A stretch of DNA of 64,000 bases from Desulfobacterales bacterium. Lineage in GTDB: Bacteria; Desulfobacterota; Desulfobacteria; Desulfobacterales; UBA5852. Under the pieces are notes generated by a model that was not told the DNA's origin, did no database searches, and saw nothing but the letters and a program-made list of their open reading frames with translations. Where the stretch lies: NCBI GenBank assembly GCA_963674755.2, contig CAXXVS010000002.1, positions 1,888,001-1,952,000 on the forward strand, read 5' to 3'. Positions 18,537 through 29,558 of this stretch are shown here, piece by piece. Numbering within the stretch: the first letter of the stretch is position 1; the number at the start of each line of letters is the position of its first letter. The position numbers and the translations under genes were made by a program.

Positions 18537-20153
18537 ATGGCCAACGATCCCACCTACGACGACCTCATGCAACAGATCGCGCAGTTGGAGGCGGACCTGC
18601 ACCGCCAACGCGCCGCCTACGATGAGCAGGCCCAGGTCCAGTCCCTTTTCCTCTCCCTGATCGATTCTTTGCCCCTCAACGTTTTCAGCAAGGACATAGA
18701 GGGCCGTTTCATTCTGGCCAACCGCCAATACTGCCAGACCGTGGGCAAACCTGTGGAAGAAGTTCTCGGGCGCACGGATACCGACTTTCACCCTCCTGAA
18801 ATGGCCTGTAAATACCGGCGCGACGACAGGGCCGTGATGGCCGGCCGGCAGGTCACGTCCATCGAGGAAGAACACCGCACCACCACCGGTACGGTCATGG
18901 ACGTCAACGTCATCAAGGCGCCCCTCTATAACCGCCGGCGCGAGGTTACCGGCATGCTGGGAGTCTTCTGGGACATTTCCCAACGCAAGCAGACCGAACG
19001 CGCCCTGATCGAGAGCGAAAAGCGCTTTCGGGAGCTGGTCGATCTGCTGCCGCAATCCATCTACGAATTCGATGGCCAGGGCGGCATTTTGTTCGCCAAT
19101 CAAAGCGCCCTGAACACCTTTGGCTATACGCCCGAGGATATCGCCCGGGGGTTGACGCTTTGGGATCTGCTCGATGAAAGGGATCATGCCCGCGTCAAAG
19201 CGGATGGGAGCCAGGCCGGCACCCGGCGCATGCGCATGGGCGTCGAATACACGGCCCGGCACCGGGACGGGCACCGCTTTCCCATCGTGGCCTACAGCAG
19301 CCCCATTGAAAAGGGCGGACGCACGGTGGGTATGCGCGGCATTGCCATCGACCTCACGGAAATCCGCAGCCTGGAGGAACGCCTCAATGTGGCGCAAAAA
19401 ATGGAGGCTGTCGGCCAGCTGGCGGGGGGCGTGGCCCAAGATCTGAACAACCTGCTCAGTCCGATCCTGGGCTTCGCGGAAATGCTGTTGGACGGCCTGC
19501 CGCCGGACGATGCCGGCCGTCATGCCCTTGAATCCATCCAGGACGCCGGCCGGAAAGCCCGGGACCTGGTCCGGCAGCTCCTGGCCTTTGCCCGCCAACA
19601 GCCCCTGGATATCACCACCATCGACCTCAATCAGATGGTAGCCGGATTCGAAAGATTACTGCGGCGCTCGATCAGGGAAGACATCACCATCGAAGTGAGG
19701 TTGGCCCAAACACCGGCCCTGATCCAGGCCGATGCCGGCCAGATCGAACAGGTCATCATGAACCTGGCGGTCAATGCCCAGGATTCCATGCCCCGGGGCG
19801 GCCGGCTGACCCTGGAAACGGCGCTCGTCAACCCGGATGAGGACGACACCGCCGGACATCCCGACGTGCAACCCGGGCCGCATGTCGTGCTCTCCTTTAG
19901 CGATACCGGACACGGGATCGTCAACGCCGACCGCGAACGGATCTTCGATCCCTTCTTCACCACGAAAGCCCGCGGCAAGGGCACGGGCCTGGGGCTCTCC
20001 ACGGTCTACGGCATCGTCCGACAGCACCACGGCCATATCCGGCTTTTCAGCGAAGCAAATCAAGGGACGACCTTCAAGATCTACTTCCCTTCGGCTAGCG
20101 GGCCGGCCGCCCTGACCAGCCAGATCCGCAGGATACTGGACAAGCCCTCCTGA
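18537..20153 (+). CDS. PAS-PAS sensor histidine kinase-like protein lacking phospho-His
   Basis: Two PAS, H-box reads AGGVAQDLNN, intact N/G1/F/G2 boxes. Confidence 0.85.
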   Translation: MANDPTYDDLMQQIAQLEADLHRQRAAYDEQAQVQSLFLSLIDSLPLNVFSKDIEGRFILANRQYCQTVGKPVEEVLGRTDTDFHPPEMACKYRRDDRAVMAGRQVTSIEEEHRTTTGTVMDVNVIKAPLYNRRREVTGMLGVFWDISQRKQTERALIESEKRFRELVDLLPQSIYEFDGQGGILFANQSALNTFGYTPEDIARGLTLWDLLDERDHARVKADGSQAGTRRMRMGVEYTARHRDGHRFPIVAYSSPIEKGGRTVGMRGIAIDLTEIRSLEERLNVAQKMEAVGQLAGGVAQDLNNLLSPILGFAEMLLDGLPPDDAGRHALESIQDAGRKARDLVRQLLAFARQQPLDITTIDLNQMVAGFERLLRRSIREDITIEVRLAQTPALIQADAGQIEQVIMNLAVNAQDSMPRGGRLTLETALVNPDEDDTAGHPDVQPGPHVVLSFSDTGHGIVNADRERIFDPFFTTKARGKGTGLGLSTVYGIVRQHHGHIRLFSEANQGTTFKIYFPSASGPAALTSQIRRILDKPS

Positions 20154-20270
20154 GGGGCAACGGGCGCTTCATCAAGAAGAACGCGCACGTCCTATCGTCT
20201 GCACTTCTTCTCTCCTTCTTTATCTTCCGCCTCTCCTGCGTAAACCCTCCCCTGGAAACAGCAACGCCCG

Positions 20271-20817
20271 GACGGCTGGCTAAAATGGTCAAGATCAAGG
20301 CGTGCAAGGGCTCAGGAGTGAGGCGTACACCAGGTACGCCGCAGCGACGAAGCCCGCCGCACAACGCCGATATGGGTCGCTAAGCCCTCTGCTTGAAATT
20401 CTCAGGATAATGACGGCTGGCTAAAATGGTCAAGATCAAGGCGTGCAAATGCTCAGGCGTGAGGTGTACACCAGGTACGCCGCAGCGACGAAGCCCGCCG
20501 CACAACGCCGATATGGGTCGCTAAGCCCTCTGCTTGAAATTCTCAGGATAATGACGGCTGGCTAAGATGGTCAAGATCAAGGCGTGCAAGGGCTCAGGAG
20601 TGAGGCGTACACCAGGTACGCCGCAGTGACGAAGCCCGCCGCACAACGCCGATATGGGTCGCTAAGCCCGCTGCTTGAAATTCTCAGGATAATGACGGCT
20701 GGCTAAAATGGTCAAGATCAAGGCGTGCAAGGGCTGAGGAGAGAGGCGTACACCAGGTACGCCGCAGTGACGAAGCCCGCCGCACAACGCCGATATTGGC
20801 CATTTTAGACAGCCGTC
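20271..20817. repeat. Tandem array of 141-bp MITE-like units (3 full + 1 terminal)
   Basis: Units start 20271, 20412, 20553, 20694; array bounded by 18-bp IR gacggctggctaaaatgg / ccattttagacagccgtc. Confidence 0.92.
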
Positions 20818-21949
20818 AGAAGGTGGCCGCGAGGCGGGCCGCGATACCGTCATGAAACCGCATCCCCTTCACCGTCAAAGCACAGCGTCCCGCAAGATCG
20901 GCCAGGCAGCCCTCCCCGGCCAGTTGCCTGAGCACCGGACCGAAGGTCTCTTCCACCGACACCCCGAAACGCTTCTCAAAGGCCTCGATGGCAAACCCTT
21001 CCTTCAACCGCAGCCCCAGCAAAAGCGCCTCCAGCATCTGCTGCTCGACAGAGAGCGTTTCCTGTCCGCCGGGCGGCCGCCGGCCCTCTGCCGCGTACTG
21101 CAGATAGCGATCGAGATCGGCCCGGTTCCAGGACCGGACACCGTCCCGATAGGAATGGGCCCCCGGCCCGAAGCCCAGATAGGGGGTAAAGTGCCAGTAT
21201 TTCAGGTTGTGACGGGAGCGCAGATCGGGCGTGCGGGCATAGTTGGAAATTTCATAGTGGTCGTAGCCGGCCTTGGTCAGCAAGGCGACCGTGGCCTCGA
21301 ACATGGCCGCCACACGGTCTTCGTCCGGCATTGGCAGGCGGCCGGCCTGCATCCCGCAGGTCATGGGCGTGCCCGGCTCGAAGGTCAGGATGTAGCAGGA
21401 AAGGTGCGCCGGTTCTATGGATAGGGCCTGGGCGAGATCGTTTTGCCAGTGGGCGATGGTCTGCCCGGGCAGCCCGTAGATCAGATCCAGCCCCAGGTTG
21501 TCGAAACCGGCCCCACGGGCCTGGGCGATGGCCGCCAGGGCCTGGTCACGATCGTGGATGCGCCCCAGGAACTGCAGCCCCTCGTCGCGGAAGGACTGGA
21601 CGCCGAGGTTGAGGCGGTTCACGCCGGCCATCCTCAGTTGCTCCAGGGTGTCGGCATCGACGGTGCCGGGATTGGCCTCCAGGGTGACTTCGGCACTTTC
21701 GTGCAGGTCGAAGCAGGTTCCTGCCAGCGCCAGGATCTCCCCCACCGCTTCCGCCGGACAGAGGGAGGGGGTTCCCCCGCCGAAATAGACCGTATCCACG
21801 GCCAGGACAGGATCGGCGCGCCGCGCCAGTTCCCGGCGCAACGCGTCCATAAAGGCCGGCAGGTCCGCCAGGTCGGTTCGGGAGTAGAAATCGCAATAGG
21901 GGCACTTGCGCCGGCAGAAGGGAATATGGAAATAGAGCCCGGCGGGCAT
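20816..21949 (-). CDS. hemW: Radical SAM heme chaperone HemW (HemN-like)
   Basis: LYFHIPFCRRKCPYCDF, YFGGGTPS, YEISNYA..SRHNLKYW. Confidence 0.92.
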   Translation of the reverse strand: MPAGLYFHIPFCRRKCPYCDFYSRTDLADLPAFMDALRRELARRADPVLAVDTVYFGGGTPSLCPAEAVGEILALAGTCFDLHESAEVTLEANPGTVDADTLEQLRMAGVNRLNLGVQSFRDEGLQFLGRIHDRDQALAAIAQARGAGFDNLGLDLIYGLPGQTIAHWQNDLAQALSIEPAHLSCYILTFEPGTPMTCGMQAGRLPMPDEDRVAAMFEATVALLTKAGYDHYEISNYARTPDLRSRHNLKYWHFTPYLGFGPGAHSYRDGVRSWNRADLDRYLQYAAEGRRPPGGQETLSVEQQMLEALLLGLRLKEGFAIEAFEKRFGVSVEETFGPVLRQLAGEGCLADLAGRCALTVKGMRFHDGIAARLAATF

Positions 21950-22032
21950 GGCCTGCCTCCTCCCCCAACTCGGGTAATGTCTCTGCCGGCGGGCGGGGGC
22001 GGCAGACCGTGCGGCAGGGAGCGGCCGGCGGT

Positions 22033-22578
22033 CTAACGTTTGTGGATGGTCCCCATGTCGAGGCCCAGGTCCAGGGCCTTGCGGTTCATGTCGATAAAGC
22101 CGGAGGGAATGCGTTTCTTTAAGACCGCCATGATGGAAGCCGGTTTCACCAGATCGGTCAGGGCCACCACCGCGCCCAGCATGCAGATATTGAACACGAT
22201 GGGTTTGCCGATGTCATCCAGCACCGTCTTGTACATGGGCAGCTCCACCTGCCAGGCATCCACCTTGCGCTCCTGCTTGACGAAACGGCTGTCGGTAAGC
22301 AGCAGCCCCCCGGGCCGGATGATGGTCGCAAAGGCGTTGTAGGCCTCCTGGGTCAGGCACACCAGCATGTTGGGCTGGATCACCTTGGGGTAGTTGATCG
22401 CCTCATCCGAGATGATGATGTCCGAACGGGTCGAGCCCCCCCGCGCGGCGGCCCCATAGGCCTGGGACTGGGTGGCGTTGAGCCCTTCATAGATCACGGC
22501 GGCTTCCGCAAAGATGATGGCGGCCGTAATGACGCCCTGGCCGCCGGAGCCGGTGAAGACCATCCGCATGCGTTCCAT
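22033..22578 (-). CDS. korC: 2-oxoglutarate:ferredoxin oxidoreductase gamma subunit
   Basis: GSGGQGV, YGAAARGG. Confidence 0.88.
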   Translation of the reverse strand: MERMRMVFTGSGGQGVITAAIIFAEAAVIYEGLNATQSQAYGAAARGGSTRSDIIISDEAINYPKVIQPNMLVCLTQEAYNAFATIIRPGGLLLTDSRFVKQERKVDAWQVELPMYKTVLDDIGKPIVFNICMLGAVVALTDLVKPASIMAVLKKRIPSGFIDMNRKALDLGLDMGTIHKR

Positions 22579-22583
22579 GTACC

Positions 22584-23384
22584 CTACCCTTTCATCGCCT
22601 GTTCGATAATCTTGTCGTATTCGGAGCAGTATTCCGGAGCTTCCTTCTGCACGAAAATCCCGCGCTCGATCAAATCCGGATTCTCTTCTTTCTTCTTGGA
22701 GCCCACCGGCACCGTGATCTCCTTGTAGCGCTCCATCATGTCCGCCGCTGTGCCCAGCCGGTTTTTACGGCCGAAGTGGGTCGGGCACTGGGAGAGAATC
22801 TCCACCACGCTGAAGCCCTCATGCAGGATCGCCTTCTTGATCAGCTCGGTGGCCTGCTGGGCATGATAGGTCGTGCTGCGGGCCACAAACGTCGCCCCGG
22901 CCGCCGTGGCCATCTCCACCACGTCGAACTCCCGGTCGATGTTGCGGAAAGGCGCTGTGGTGGCATTGATCCCCACCCCGCTCATGGGGGAGAACTGCCC
23001 GCCGGTCATCCCGTAGATGCGGTTGTTCATCACGATGGCCGTCATGTCGATGTTGCGCCGGCAGGCATGGATAAAGTGGTTGCCGCCGATGGCCAGCGCG
23101 TCGCCGTCCCCCATGGGCACGATCACGTTGAGCTCCGGCTTGGAGAGCTTGACCCCCGTGGCAAAGGCCAGGGCCCGGCCGTGAAGGGTGTGCAGGGTGT
23201 GAAAATCCACATAGCCGGAGATCCGCGAGGAGCAGCCGATGCCCGAGGCCATCACGATCTCGTTTTTGGACAGGCCCAGCTCTTCCACGGCCCGCAGCAG
23301 GCTGTTCAACACCGTGCCGTGGCCGCAGCCCGGGCACCACATATGCGGAAAAAACCGCTGCCGGAGAAAATGATGCACCGCCAT
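22584..23384 (-). CDS. korB: 2-oxoglutarate:ferredoxin oxidoreductase beta subunit
   Basis: WCPGCGHG, GIGCS, GDGD TPP motif, YGMTGGQ. Confidence 0.9.
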   Translation of the reverse strand: MAVHHFLRQRFFPHMWCPGCGHGTVLNSLLRAVEELGLSKNEIVMASGIGCSSRISGYVDFHTLHTLHGRALAFATGVKLSKPELNVIVPMGDGDALAIGGNHFIHACRRNIDMTAIVMNNRIYGMTGGQFSPMSGVGINATTAPFRNIDREFDVVEMATAAGATFVARSTTYHAQQATELIKKAILHEGFSVVEILSQCPTHFGRKNRLGTAADMMERYKEITVPVGSKKKEENPDLIERGIFVQKEAPEYCSEYDKIIEQAMKG

Positions 23385-23385
23385 A

Positions 23386-24534
23386 TCAGACTCCCTTCCC
23401 CTGGATGAGCCGCAGCAGTCTGCGGATGTCCTCCGGTGTGATGAAAACGCCGTCGATGCGGTTGGCCAGGAAGACCCGCTCGGGGTTATCCACCGCCCGT
23501 TTGACTTCCTGCATGACCTGGCCCATGTTGAGCTCCACCACCACCACGGATTGGGCCCGGGCGCATTTCTCCCGCACGATGGCGGCGGGAAACGGCCACA
23601 GGGTCTGCAGCTCCAAAAGCCCCAGGCGCTCGCCCCGGCGGCGGCGGTTCTGGACCACGTGCAGGGCCGAGCGGGCCGCCGAACCATAGGACACCAGCAC
23701 GATCTCGGCATCCTCCAGGTGGTATTCCTTGTAGCGGGCCAGCAGGTTGGCGCGATTCTCGATCTTGTCCACCAGGTGACGGATCAGATCGTGCACCACC
23801 ACCGGATCCGAGGAGGGAAAGCCCCACATGTCGTGGTAGAGCCCGGTCACATTGTAACGGTGCACGCTGCCGAAATCACTCATGGGGAGGCGTCCGTCCT
23901 CCCGGGGCAGATAGGGGTGGTAGTTGACCCCGCCCTGGACCGAGGTCCGCAACCGCTCTACCAGGGGAATCTCGCCGGCCTCAGGTATCTCCAGTCTTTC
24001 GCGCATGTGCCCCACCAGTTCGTCGAAGAGCAGGATCACCGGCGTGCGGTAGGTCTCGGCCATGTTGAAGGCCTCGATGGTCATGGCAAAGACATCCTGG
24101 TGGTTGGAGGCCGTCAGCGCAATGATGGCGTGGTCCCCGTGCGTGCCCCAGCGGGCCTGCATGATATCCCCCTGGCTGCCGTGGGTGGGGATGCCCGTCG
24201 ACGGCCCGCCGCGCTGCACATCCACGATGACGCAGGGAATCTCGGCCATGATGGCGTAGCCCAGGGCCTCCTGCATCAGGGAAAACCCCGGTCCGCTAGT
24301 GGCCGTCATCACCTTGTGGCCGGTCAGAGACGCCCCGATGATAGCGCAGATCGAGGACAGCTCGTCTTCCATCTGGATGAACTTGCCCCCGGCCATGGGC
24401 AGGCGCCGGGACAGCAGTTCCGCAATTTCCGTGGACGGTGTGATGGGATAGCCGGCGAAAAACTGAACGCCGGCATACAGCGCCGCCTCCACACAGGCCT
24501 CGTTGCCTTGAACGAATTTGACCTCAGTGCTCAT
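23386..24534 (-). CDS. korA: 2-oxoglutarate:ferredoxin oxidoreductase alpha subunit
   Basis: YPITPSTE, TSGPGFSLMQE, QRGGPSTG. Confidence 0.9.
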   Translation of the reverse strand: MSTEVKFVQGNEACVEAALYAGVQFFAGYPITPSTEIAELLSRRLPMAGGKFIQMEDELSSICAIIGASLTGHKVMTATSGPGFSLMQEALGYAIMAEIPCVIVDVQRGGPSTGIPTHGSQGDIMQARWGTHGDHAIIALTASNHQDVFAMTIEAFNMAETYRTPVILLFDELVGHMRERLEIPEAGEIPLVERLRTSVQGGVNYHPYLPREDGRLPMSDFGSVHRYNVTGLYHDMWGFPSSDPVVVHDLIRHLVDKIENRANLLARYKEYHLEDAEIVLVSYGSAARSALHVVQNRRRRGERLGLLELQTLWPFPAAIVREKCARAQSVVVVELNMGQVMQEVKRAVDNPERVFLANRIDGVFITPEDIRRLLRLIQGKGV

Positions 24535-24746
24535 GATTCGCCTTTTTCGGTTTCGATTTCAATGGCCAGATCCGGACAGCGGATCTCGCACAGTTTACAG
24601 GCGATACAGTCCTCCGGACGGGCCGCAATCACTTTGTCCGACGCGTCCAGCTCCAGGACATTCTTAGGGCAGAAATGCACACAGATGCCGCACCCCTTGC
24701 ACCACTCCCGGTCGATGTGATGTTGCTTCAACTTTCTCTTTGCCAT
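24531..24746 (-). CDS. korD: 2-oxoglutarate:ferredoxin oxidoreductase delta (2[4Fe-4S])
   Basis: CKGCGICVHFCP and CIACKLCEIRCP. Confidence 0.88.
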   Translation of the reverse strand: MAKRKLKQHHIDREWCKGCGICVHFCPKNVLELDASDKVIAARPEDCIACKLCEIRCPDLAIEIETEKGES

Positions 24747-24923
24747 CCGGCGTTCTCCTCGACCACCGCCCGTTCGGCGCCTGTCAATGGTTCGATGTGT
24801 CAACGGGCTGCCGCCCCAGCCGGCAGTCCAAAGGGCCCCTCTTATGGAGTTCCCTCTTGCTTGTCAAGGAAAACCGACCGATTTTTCCTGCAAAAGACCG
24901 GTTTGCCTCGCTAGGCTCCGCAC

Positions 24924-27668
24924 TCAGTCCGCCATCAGTTTGCGCAGAACGAAAGGCAGGATGCCGCCATGGCGGAAGTAATCGACTTCGACCTCCGAAT
25001 CCAGCCGCGCCAATACCTCGAAGGCGATTTCGCTGCCGTCTTTCTTCTTTGCCTTGACTTGCAGCATCTTGCGGGGCTGGATGTCTTCGATGCCGGTGAT
25101 GGTAATGGTTTCTTCACCGCTAAGCCCCAGCCCGGCGACACTGTCGCCCTCCTTGAACACCAGGGGCAGCACCCCCATGCCCACCAGGTTGCTACGATGG
25201 ATGCGCTCGAAAGACTGGGCGATGACGGCTTTCACGCCCAGCAGATTGGACCCCTTGGCAGCCCAGTCGCGGGAGGAGCCGGCGCCGTATTCCTTGCCGG
25301 CCAGAACCAGCAGCGGCGTGCCCTCTTCTTTATAGGCCATGGCGGCATCGTAGATGAAGCTTTCCTTGCCTGCCGGAAAAGCCTTGGTATAGCTGCCTTC
25401 CTTGCCTTCCACGAGCTGGTTCTTGAGACGGATATTGCCGAAGGTGCCCCGCATCATGACTTCGTGGTTGCCCCGGCGTGAGCCGTAGGAGTTGAACTGG
25501 GCCTTGGCGACCCCCTGGGATACGAGATACCGGCCGGCCGGGTAGTCTTCGGGGATGGCGCCCGCCGGGGAAATGTGGTCGGTGGTCACGGTATCCCCCA
25601 GGACCGCCAGCACCCGGGCGTCCGCGATGTCGGCCGTGGCTTCCGGTTCGCGGCTGAAGCCCTCGAAGTAGGGCGGATTCTTGATATAGGTCGACTGGTC
25701 GTCCCAGGCATAGGTCATGGACTTGACATCGGGCAGATCGGCCCAGAACTCGTCCCCGTCGAAAATGCGGCCGTATTCCACCTCGTAGAACTCCTCCTTG
25801 AGGTGGGCCTTGATCAGCGCTTCGATCTCCTCGTTGCCGGGCCAAATGTCCTCCAGGTAGACGGGCTCCCCGTTGGGATCCATTCCCACCGGCTCTATGG
25901 TCAGGTCCACGTCGATGTGACCGGCCAGGGCAAAGGCCACCACCAGCATGGGGGAGGCCAGGAAGTTGGACTTGATGCGCTGGTGGATGCGGGCTTCGAA
26001 GTTGCGGTTGCCGGAGAGCACCGAGGCCACATTGAGGTCGTTGTCCACCACGCATTTTTCGATAACCGGATCCAGCGGTCCGGAATTCCCGATGCAGGTG
26101 GTGCAGCCGAAGCCGGCCAGATGAAAGCCCAGCGCCTCCAGGTAGGGCATCAATCCGGCGTCCTCCAGGTACTGGATCACCACCTTGGAGCCGGGCGCCA
26201 GGGAGGTCTTCACATGGGTCGGCACCTTCAGGCCCCGGGCCACCGCATTTTTTGCCAAAAGCCCCGCTCCCAGCAGCACGAAGGGATTGGAGGTGTTCGT
26301 ACACGAGGTGATGGCGGCAATCACCACGCTGCCGTTGCGCAGCTGTGCCGGGGTGCCGTGCAGGTCGAGATCACAGCCCCCGTCCTGGATGGGCTTGCAC
26401 CTGGGCAGGCGCGAACTGCGGGTGCCGGATTCCTCGTGGAACTGGGAGATGCGGGCCATATCCGCATCGCGGCTGTATTCGCAGCCCAGGATGTCGGCGA
26501 ACTTGGATTTGAGGTTCGTTAAAACGATCCGATCCTGGGGCCGGGCCGGCCCCGATACACAGGGCTCCACCGAATCCAGATCCAGGGTCAGGACGTCGCT
26601 ATACTCGGCCGTGTCTTCACCGGTATAGAACAGCCCGTTGGCGCGGGTGTAAGCCTCCACCAGGGCGGCCTCCGCGCTGCGGTGGGTGGCGTTGAGATAG
26701 CCGATGGTCTTCTCGTCCACCGGAAAAATGCCCAGGGTGGCGCCGTATTCCGGCGTCATGTTGGAAATGGTGGCCCGATCCGGAATGGAAAGGTTCTTCA
26801 GGCCGGGACCGAAATACTCCACGAATTTTTCCACCACGCCATACTTCCGCAGCATCTCGGTGACCGTCAGCACAAGATCGGTGGCGGTCACCCCGGGGCG
26901 CAGGCGGCCGGTGAACTTGACGCCGATCACCGGGGGGATGGACATGTAGTAGGGTTGGCCCAGCATGACGGCTTCGGCCTCGATACCGCCCACCCCCCAG
27001 CCCATCACCCCTAAAGCGTCGATCATGGTGGTGTGGGAATCCAGCCCCACCAGGGTGTCGGGGAAGGCCAGCCATCCCTCCGAAGTCTCTTCCCCAATGA
27101 CCACGCGTCCCAGGTATTCCAGATTGACCTGGTGGCAGATGCCCGAACGGGGCGGCACCACCTTGAAGCTGTCGAAACTCTGCTGGGCCCACTTCAGGAA
27201 GGCATAGCGCTCGCCGTTGCGCTCGTATTCCTTGGCGACGTTGCGCACCACGGCGTTGTTCGTGCCGAAGTAATCCACCTGGACCGAGTGATCGACGATC
27301 AGCTCCACCGGCACCAAGGGGTTGATCTTGGCCGGGTCACCCCCCTGGGCGGCCATGGCATCGCGCATGGCCGCCAGATCCACCACGGCCGGCACGCCGG
27401 TAAAATCCTGCATGAGGACCCGGGCCGGATGATAGGGAATTTCCACCGGGGCGTCGTATTGCTTCTGCCACCCGGCAATCTGGCGCAGATCCTCCTCGGT
27501 CACCACCCGGCCGTCCATCTTGCGCAGCAGGTTCTCGGTCAGAATACGAATGGAAAAAGGCAGGCGCTCGATAGGGGCGATGCCCTCCGAAGCCAGCCGC
27601 ATAATGTCGTAATAGCGATAGCTGCGGCCGTTGACGTCCAACGTTCCCGTGAAGTCTTCTTTTCTCAT
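24924..27668 (-). CDS. acnA: Aconitate hydratase A
   Basis: RVLMQDFTGVPA, AITSCTNTSN, GCTTCIGNSG, GSSRDWAAKG. Confidence 0.97.
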   Translation of the reverse strand: MRKEDFTGTLDVNGRSYRYYDIMRLASEGIAPIERLPFSIRILTENLLRKMDGRVVTEEDLRQIAGWQKQYDAPVEIPYHPARVLMQDFTGVPAVVDLAAMRDAMAAQGGDPAKINPLVPVELIVDHSVQVDYFGTNNAVVRNVAKEYERNGERYAFLKWAQQSFDSFKVVPPRSGICHQVNLEYLGRVVIGEETSEGWLAFPDTLVGLDSHTTMIDALGVMGWGVGGIEAEAVMLGQPYYMSIPPVIGVKFTGRLRPGVTATDLVLTVTEMLRKYGVVEKFVEYFGPGLKNLSIPDRATISNMTPEYGATLGIFPVDEKTIGYLNATHRSAEAALVEAYTRANGLFYTGEDTAEYSDVLTLDLDSVEPCVSGPARPQDRIVLTNLKSKFADILGCEYSRDADMARISQFHEESGTRSSRLPRCKPIQDGGCDLDLHGTPAQLRNGSVVIAAITSCTNTSNPFVLLGAGLLAKNAVARGLKVPTHVKTSLAPGSKVVIQYLEDAGLMPYLEALGFHLAGFGCTTCIGNSGPLDPVIEKCVVDNDLNVASVLSGNRNFEARIHQRIKSNFLASPMLVVAFALAGHIDVDLTIEPVGMDPNGEPVYLEDIWPGNEEIEALIKAHLKEEFYEVEYGRIFDGDEFWADLPDVKSMTYAWDDQSTYIKNPPYFEGFSREPEATADIADARVLAVLGDTVTTDHISPAGAIPEDYPAGRYLVSQGVAKAQFNSYGSRRGNHEVMMRGTFGNIRLKNQLVEGKEGSYTKAFPAGKESFIYDAAMAYKEEGTPLLVLAGKEYGAGSSRDWAAKGSNLLGVKAVIAQSFERIHRSNLVGMGVLPLVFKEGDSVAGLGLSGEETITITGIEDIQPRKMLQVKAKKKDGSEIAFEVLARLDSEVEVDYFRHGGILPFVLRKLMAD

Positions 27669-27784
27669 GGCTCCCTCGTCCTTGGTTGGTTGCGGTTGCG
27701 TATTTTGATGGAATCGTAAAACGTCGTCCAGCCCTCCCTCCCGCGCAGGCGGCTTGAATACGATTTTTGACGTTTGGTTTTCTG

Positions 27785-27980
27785 GTTCCCCTTTGTCCCG
27801 CGCCGAGCATCGGCGGGGCGGACGAATTAAAGCGCGCGGACTGTCTGAGTCCCGCCGCAGCCAAAGCGAAGGCGGGGCGAGTTTCCGCGTGCTCCGGCCG
27901 CCGCGACGACGCGCAGGGTCAAGCGGGACACGGGCGTTTTCTTTTGCTTCCGTTTTCTTTCACGCGAAAGAAAATGAAGC
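27785..27980. repeat. Structured intergenic MITE/REP-like element
   Basis: Several hairpins, ctgtctgag...gcgagtt core and cttttgcttc.ttttcttt...aaagaaaatgaag end. Confidence 0.45.
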
Positions 27981-28071
27981 AGGCGCTTTTTGAGAAAGCA
28001 CCCCGGATCAGTAAAGGCTTTCCGGATCCTCATCAACCATACGTCCCTCGGCATTGATGGCGGAGAGGAGC

Positions 28072-29301
28072 TTAGTCGTCCATATGGTCGACGGCGATTT
28101 CGGCGAACCGCGAGCAGGCCACCTCGGTGCTGCCCGGCATCTGGCGGGCCAGATCGTAGGTCACCTGTTTGGCCGTGATGGCGCCCATCACGCCTTTGCG
28201 GACAAGGCCCGCAGCCTCCTGCCAGCCCAGGTGCTCCAGCATCATGGCCCCCGAGAGAATCAGGGAGCCGGGATTGATTTTGTCCAGACCGGCATATTTG
28301 GGGGCCGTGCCGTGGGTGGCTTCGAAAACGGCATAGCCGTCGCCGATGTTGGCGCCCGGCGCCATGCCCAGCCCCCCGGCCATGGCCGCCAGGGCGTCGG
28401 AAATGTAGTCGCCGTTCAGGTTGGGCATGGCCAGGACGTCGTACTCGGCCGGCCGCAGCAGGATCTGCTGGAACATGGCGTCGGCAATGCGGTCCTTGAT
28501 CACGATGCGGCCCTCGGGCACCCGTCCGTCATATTGGGACCACAGGGCTTCTTCGGTCACAACCCGGTCGCCGAAGACTTCCTGGGCCACTTCATAGCCC
28601 CAGTTGCGGAAAGCCCCCTCGGTATATTTCATGATATTGCCCTTGTGCACGATAGTCACGCTGGGACGCTGGTGGTCCAGGGCGTATTGCACGGCCATCT
28701 TGACCAGGCGCCGGGTGCCGAAGCGACTCATGGGTTTGATGCCGATCCCGGAGCCCTCCCGAATCTGACGCCCTTCCTCCCGCTCGATGAAGTCGATCAG
28801 CTTCTTGGCCATGGGAGAGCCGGCCTCCCACTCGTAGCCGATATAGACATCTTCCGTGTTCTCCCGGAAGACCACCATATCCACATCTTCCGGCGCTTTC
28901 ATGGGGCTGGGGATCCCTGCGATATAGCGCACCGGCCGCACGCAGGCGTAGAGATCGAGCACCTGGCGCAGCTGCACGTTGACGCTGCGAATGCCGCCGC
29001 CGACGGGCGTGGTGAGGGGGCCTTTGATGGCCACCCGATAGGTGCGGATGGCGTCCAGAGTGTCCTCCGGCAGCCATTCGCCGGTCTCATTGAAGGCCTT
29101 CTCGCCGGCCAGCACTTCCCGCCAGGCAATGCCCCGTCCGCCGCCGTAAGCCTTTTCCACCGCGGCCTCCAGCACCAGACGGGTGGCCCGCCAGATGTCC
29201 GGCCCCGTACCGTCGCCTTCGATGAAAGGAATCGTGGGGTGTTCGGGCACGACGAGCTCGCCCTCCGCGGTCACTGTAATTTTCTGGTCGTTTGACGTCA
29301 T
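28072..29301 (-). CDS. icd: Isocitrate dehydrogenase (dimeric type)
   Basis: [44 protein letters not shown]. Confidence 0.96.
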   Translation of the reverse strand: MTSNDQKITVTAEGELVVPEHPTIPFIEGDGTGPDIWRATRLVLEAAVEKAYGGGRGIAWREVLAGEKAFNETGEWLPEDTLDAIRTYRVAIKGPLTTPVGGGIRSVNVQLRQVLDLYACVRPVRYIAGIPSPMKAPEDVDMVVFRENTEDVYIGYEWEAGSPMAKKLIDFIEREEGRQIREGSGIGIKPMSRFGTRRLVKMAVQYALDHQRPSVTIVHKGNIMKYTEGAFRNWGYEVAQEVFGDRVVTEEALWSQYDGRVPEGRIVIKDRIADAMFQQILLRPAEYDVLAMPNLNGDYISDALAAMAGGLGMAPGANIGDGYAVFEATHGTAPKYAGLDKINPGSLILSGAMMLEHLGWQEAAGLVRKGVMGAITAKQVTYDLARQMPGSTEVACSRFAEIAVDHMDD

Positions 29302-29558
29302 GGTATTCTCCATCCCGTGTTGAGGGTCGATTATCGTCATTCATTCCGCCGGCGCCAATGGGAACCGCCGTTAGCCGTTTTCACAATTAAACAGGAATCG
29401 GCCAAGTCTGCAAGTCGTGTCGCGTCATGCCGGAAGTATCGGGGAAAGATCCTGCGGTTCGAGCGAAGACGACTATATTGGGCTGCCACCGACCATAGGC
29501 TCCGCCTTGGACGGGCTTAGGCAGTGGTCCTGCCCCCCCTGCCCGTTCCATGCCGTCT

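Noticed and set aside
20271..20817. CRISPR array
   Set aside because: Whole 141-bp units are near-identical, there are no variable spacers and no cas genes in the window.
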